Shown here: piece after piece, positions 60,901-64,000 of the stretch
Position numbering within the stretch: position 1 is the first letter of the stretch
Layout of the letters: each line of letters begins with the position of its first letter
Assembly (NCBI GenBank): GCA_030390025.1
Contig: CM059447.1
Location: 16,492,001-16,556,000 of the forward strand
Length of the DNA stretch: 64,000 nucleotides
Direction: 5' to 3'
From: Squalus acanthias
Lineage: Eukaryota
Made by a program: the position numbers and the translations under genes
Notes under the pieces: generated by a model
What the model was told of the DNA's origin: nothing
The model's database searches: none
The model's input: the letters and a program-made list of their open reading frames with translations, nothing else

Positions 60901-62577
60901 AGATGACTGCGGTGTAATTTAACAGCTTGAATTATGTTACAGGTTCTGTCCTTGTGGTAATTGAAACGAGGCATTTGTGCTACCTCGAAATTAGAATTAG
61001 AATTTAAAGGCTTCAAATTAAGATAGCAGACATAAATTTAAAACTAGTGGGAGATACCAATAAAACATATTAGAAACAGTGATAAATGTTCTGAAACAAT
61101 CAGTCAGGCTTGAAGCTGCTGGCTCTTGTCCTCGACATTTATGTGCTTAATAAATGAGCATTCTGTGAATTCAAAAGCTTATATATTTATTCTCCATACA
61201 TTCTACAGTGCTTGTGTACGATCTACAGTGAAGTAGAAAGAACATTTAGCCTTCCATTGGGACATCATCATTAAGATTCCAAAAACAAATATGACTAGCT
61301 TCAGTCACTGTACATTCTGCAGCTAAATAATTAACTCAGTTGGTTCTTAGTTCAGTCGACTGTCCCCGGATTTAACTAAAAAATACGTACATATATACAC
61401 ACACACACATATACATCTCAAATATATGCAATTTTTGTTCTGTCAACACATCTTCCAACTCCAAACATTGATATCGTCATTAAATACATTAACCTAATTT
61501 CAGTATTAATAACAGTACATAGGTTCTCCAACCAGTACTTCACTAATTTTAAAGAAAAATTATATTTTTGACACCTACCTTGCTTAGATCTGTGTTCCAT
61601 TCAGTAAATTCATTACTTGGACTAAAAAAAAGACAAACACTTCTAAATTATTTGGCCTCAGAAGAAAATGGTTGTTGCAATGAAGCATTTTTTTTCCTTC
61701 CCCTTCCTGCATCTTTTTACTTTTGGTAAGTTAAAAGGTTCCTCAGTCTACTAACTTCATGTTGTCATCAACAGTTGAAAGGAATGGGGATGGCTACTTG
61801 GGGATGCTTTTTCAGCAAAGGGAAGACTACATGCATCCCTATGATTTTGCAGTTGGACAGACGATCTACATATGGTATGTGAAGTAAGAACTTGTAATTA
61901 TGTAGCCCCCATTCACATCTTCAGAACGTCTCAAAAGCCATTCACATTGGATCAATTACTTTTGCAGTGCATTCATTTTTGTTATGTTGACAAACACAGC
62001 TACCAATCGGTGTACAGCAGGATGCCACAAACAACAAATGAGACGAATGACCAGTTGGCGTCGGTTGAGGGAGAACTCCCTGACCTTCGAAAAGTGCCAT
62101 GGAATCATGTACATTAACAGGCAGAGCCGCAGTTTCATATCTCATCTGAACGACAGCATCTCCAACAATGCAGCACTCCCTCAGTACAGCACTGACGTGC
62201 CATCTCAAGTGCTGAAGTGAGGTTTGAACCCACAACCTTCTTCGTGAGATGCGAGTGTGCTGCCTATTGAGCCAAGCTGCCGATAAATATGTACTCAAAG
62301 TTGATGAATACAAAATTTGAAGATGTCATCTGATATTTTAACAAAGATTTCCTGAACATTTAACTATGTAGTAGGATTCTACCTAATTTCATATCACCCA
62401 AAATAGTTGATCTTAACCTAGTATCATAGCTGTTTCAACAAGCCAAGGAGGGCACTATTCAATATAATTTGTATAATACTTACTGTGAAAATTTACATTC
62501 TGTTCCTTCAGGGCAGAAACCAGCCAGATAATTCACACACATTACCTTCCTGGTGTGTTTATTTTTGCACAGTGGGC
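57919..62577 (-). CDS. CPSF4L: CPSF4-like zinc-finger protein (CPSF30 paralog), 5'-partial, last 4 exons
   Basis: Exons 62577-62484 (GPLCKNKHTRKVMCVNYLAGFCPEGTECKFS-H, CCCH finger 5 of the CPSF4 family), 61621-61579 (PSNEFTEWNTDLSK), 58736-58641 (EIAELSLF...LDKVTCFK) and 57993-57919 (CREKGHYANKCNKHQ...*). GT-AG ends, phases consistent. Called CPSF4L because it is divergent and adjacent to C17orf80, as in mammals. Confidence 0.85.
59325..59625. mobile_element. second-family palindromic Penelope-type element with hammerhead-like cores
   Basis: Imperfect inverted arms at about 59325-59587; CTGATGA-AA-GGTC-ATC-GACC-G-GAAA at 59490-59514; TSD GTAATCCTT at 59316-59324 and 59626-59634. Confidence 0.75.
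61885..62283 (-). mobile_element. Deu-type SINE (degenerate)
   Basis: ATCTCATCTGAACGACAGCATCTCCAACAATGCAGCACTCCCTCAGTAC core and TTGAACCCACAACCTTC box B in reverse. Confidence 0.7.
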
Positions 62578-63096
62578 CTGCCACAGAAACAGTTCAAGTG
62601 GAGTGGATTTCATTTATTATATTGTTACTTCTCACTATCTTTGTAAAATTAAAATTTAATACATCCACAATTTTAAAAATGTCAACACTTTGTCAATTCC
62701 CACTTGTCACTTAAAAAAAAATTCAGCTGCATATATACATTACATTCCTTGTCTTATTTCTGAGACCATTGAATAACTCTTTGAAATACAGATGACAAGC
62801 TATTTATAAAACAAAGTATCTGTCCAGTACAAGGCCAGTCCAGGTACCAAATGTGTCTTGGATTTAGCCCTCTGACTGTGATGGATGCTGCTCTTAGTTC
62901 CCAGTAAGCAATTTCCCAATCATAAAAACCAGGAAAAGAACTAATAAGTGAATAAAACTAAATGGACATGGTTGAATGAAAAAGATTCTTCAAACACAAA
63001 ACTGAAAATTTCAAACATGAAATTTAGGTTCCTTTTTGTCAACATTTCCATGAATAATAAACTGAGAAGGCCATCTGCAATATATACACGAGATGA

Positions 63097-63312
63097 AACA
63101 AGAAAAACTGCAAATGCTGGAAATAAAAACCAGAGTGCTGGAAATACACAGGTCAGTCAGCATCAGCAAAGAGAAGAGTTAGGTTGCCATTTTGTACTGA
63201 AACCCCTTCACGATAATTCTGACAAAGGATCTCATCCTGAAACATTAACCTGTCCTTTCCCCCTTCAGATGACAATGGACCTGCTGTGTATTTTCAGGTT
63301 TTGTATCTGAAA
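63097..63312. mobile_element. older degenerate copy of the 59.3-kb palindromic family
   Basis: Shares ...ATGCTGGAAATAAAAAC.AGAGTGCTGGAAATAC and the ..CCTGAAACATTAAC..GACCTGCTG.GTATTTTCAG blocks with 59325-59625. Confidence 0.55.
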
Positions 63313-64000
63313 TACCTACAGCAAATGAAAATAAAGAGATTCAAGAAGGGTTTTAGAAACATAGGCAAATATACTAGCAATGCAAACACAGAGTGCAAAA
63401 ATAATCAGAAATATCCTTAACAAAGAAATCATTCCAAGAGATTTTATTACAACATACAAGTGATTTATTAAATAAAGACCATGTAAATCCTCTACAACAT
63501 CTTACCTTGTATAAAAACCTTCATCAGTTAAATCTGAGCAAACTTAGATTCATGGAATACTAAAGGATAAGGTTCTGTTTGGTCTTGTGCTAGGGTGATT
63601 TTTCCTATTAAGGTTTCTACTGAAATGCTTTCCAATTCTCCTATTCTGCAACTGGTCTTCCAATCAGAACCATTTTCTCTTTGATGTTACTTGCATTGAG
63701 GGAAACTAACGTACAAGTTCTCAGCACTCATTGGAATTGCTGGCCAGCCTGCTGGTTGTACTGTGTATATAGTATTTCTCAGTGAAAAGCTGTGATGACC
63801 AGGCCAGGCTCAACAATTGTATGCACATTTGTGTAGAAATTGTAAGAAATTCCCAATGTTGTAGGTTCAGTCTGTAGAAATTGAAACAAATGTGTGTGTT
63901 ACTTTATGTACTGCAAAGTTGTTTCTATCTGCTAGTGCATAGTGTGATTCATTAAGCAGCATAGCTGTAAAGCACATCGGGATTAATCACAATAATATTC

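Overview
Vertebrate genomic DNA, most likely a cartilaginous fish (inferred from the repeat content: CR1, L2, Deu-type SINEs, Penelope-like elements). Four spliced genes can be read by eye. TEPSIN/ENTHD2 (+) has 12 coding exons at 3968-28277, its first exon lies upstream of the window, and it has a U12-type GT-AG intron. VCF1/FAM104A (-) has 3 exons at 37864-46931. C17orf80/MTNAP1 (+) spans 50722-54500 and is head-to-head with VCF1 across a CpG island containing a 32-bp VNTR. The 3' part of a CPSF4-like gene (-) covers 57919-62577. The most notable observations are: (i) a Penelope-like retroelement and several short derivatives, some palindromic, that carry minimal hammerhead ribozyme cores, one with a core on each strand, with stem covariation and TSDs; (ii) the C17orf80 tail is a recognisable ATP synthase subunit f module, interrupted by an in-frame TGA six codons before its expected end; (iii) C17orf80 and CPSF4L sit tail-to-tail, as ATP5MF and CPSF4 do. 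Gene identities come from recalled protein similarity, not from database searches. Repeat boundaries without TSDs are approximate.
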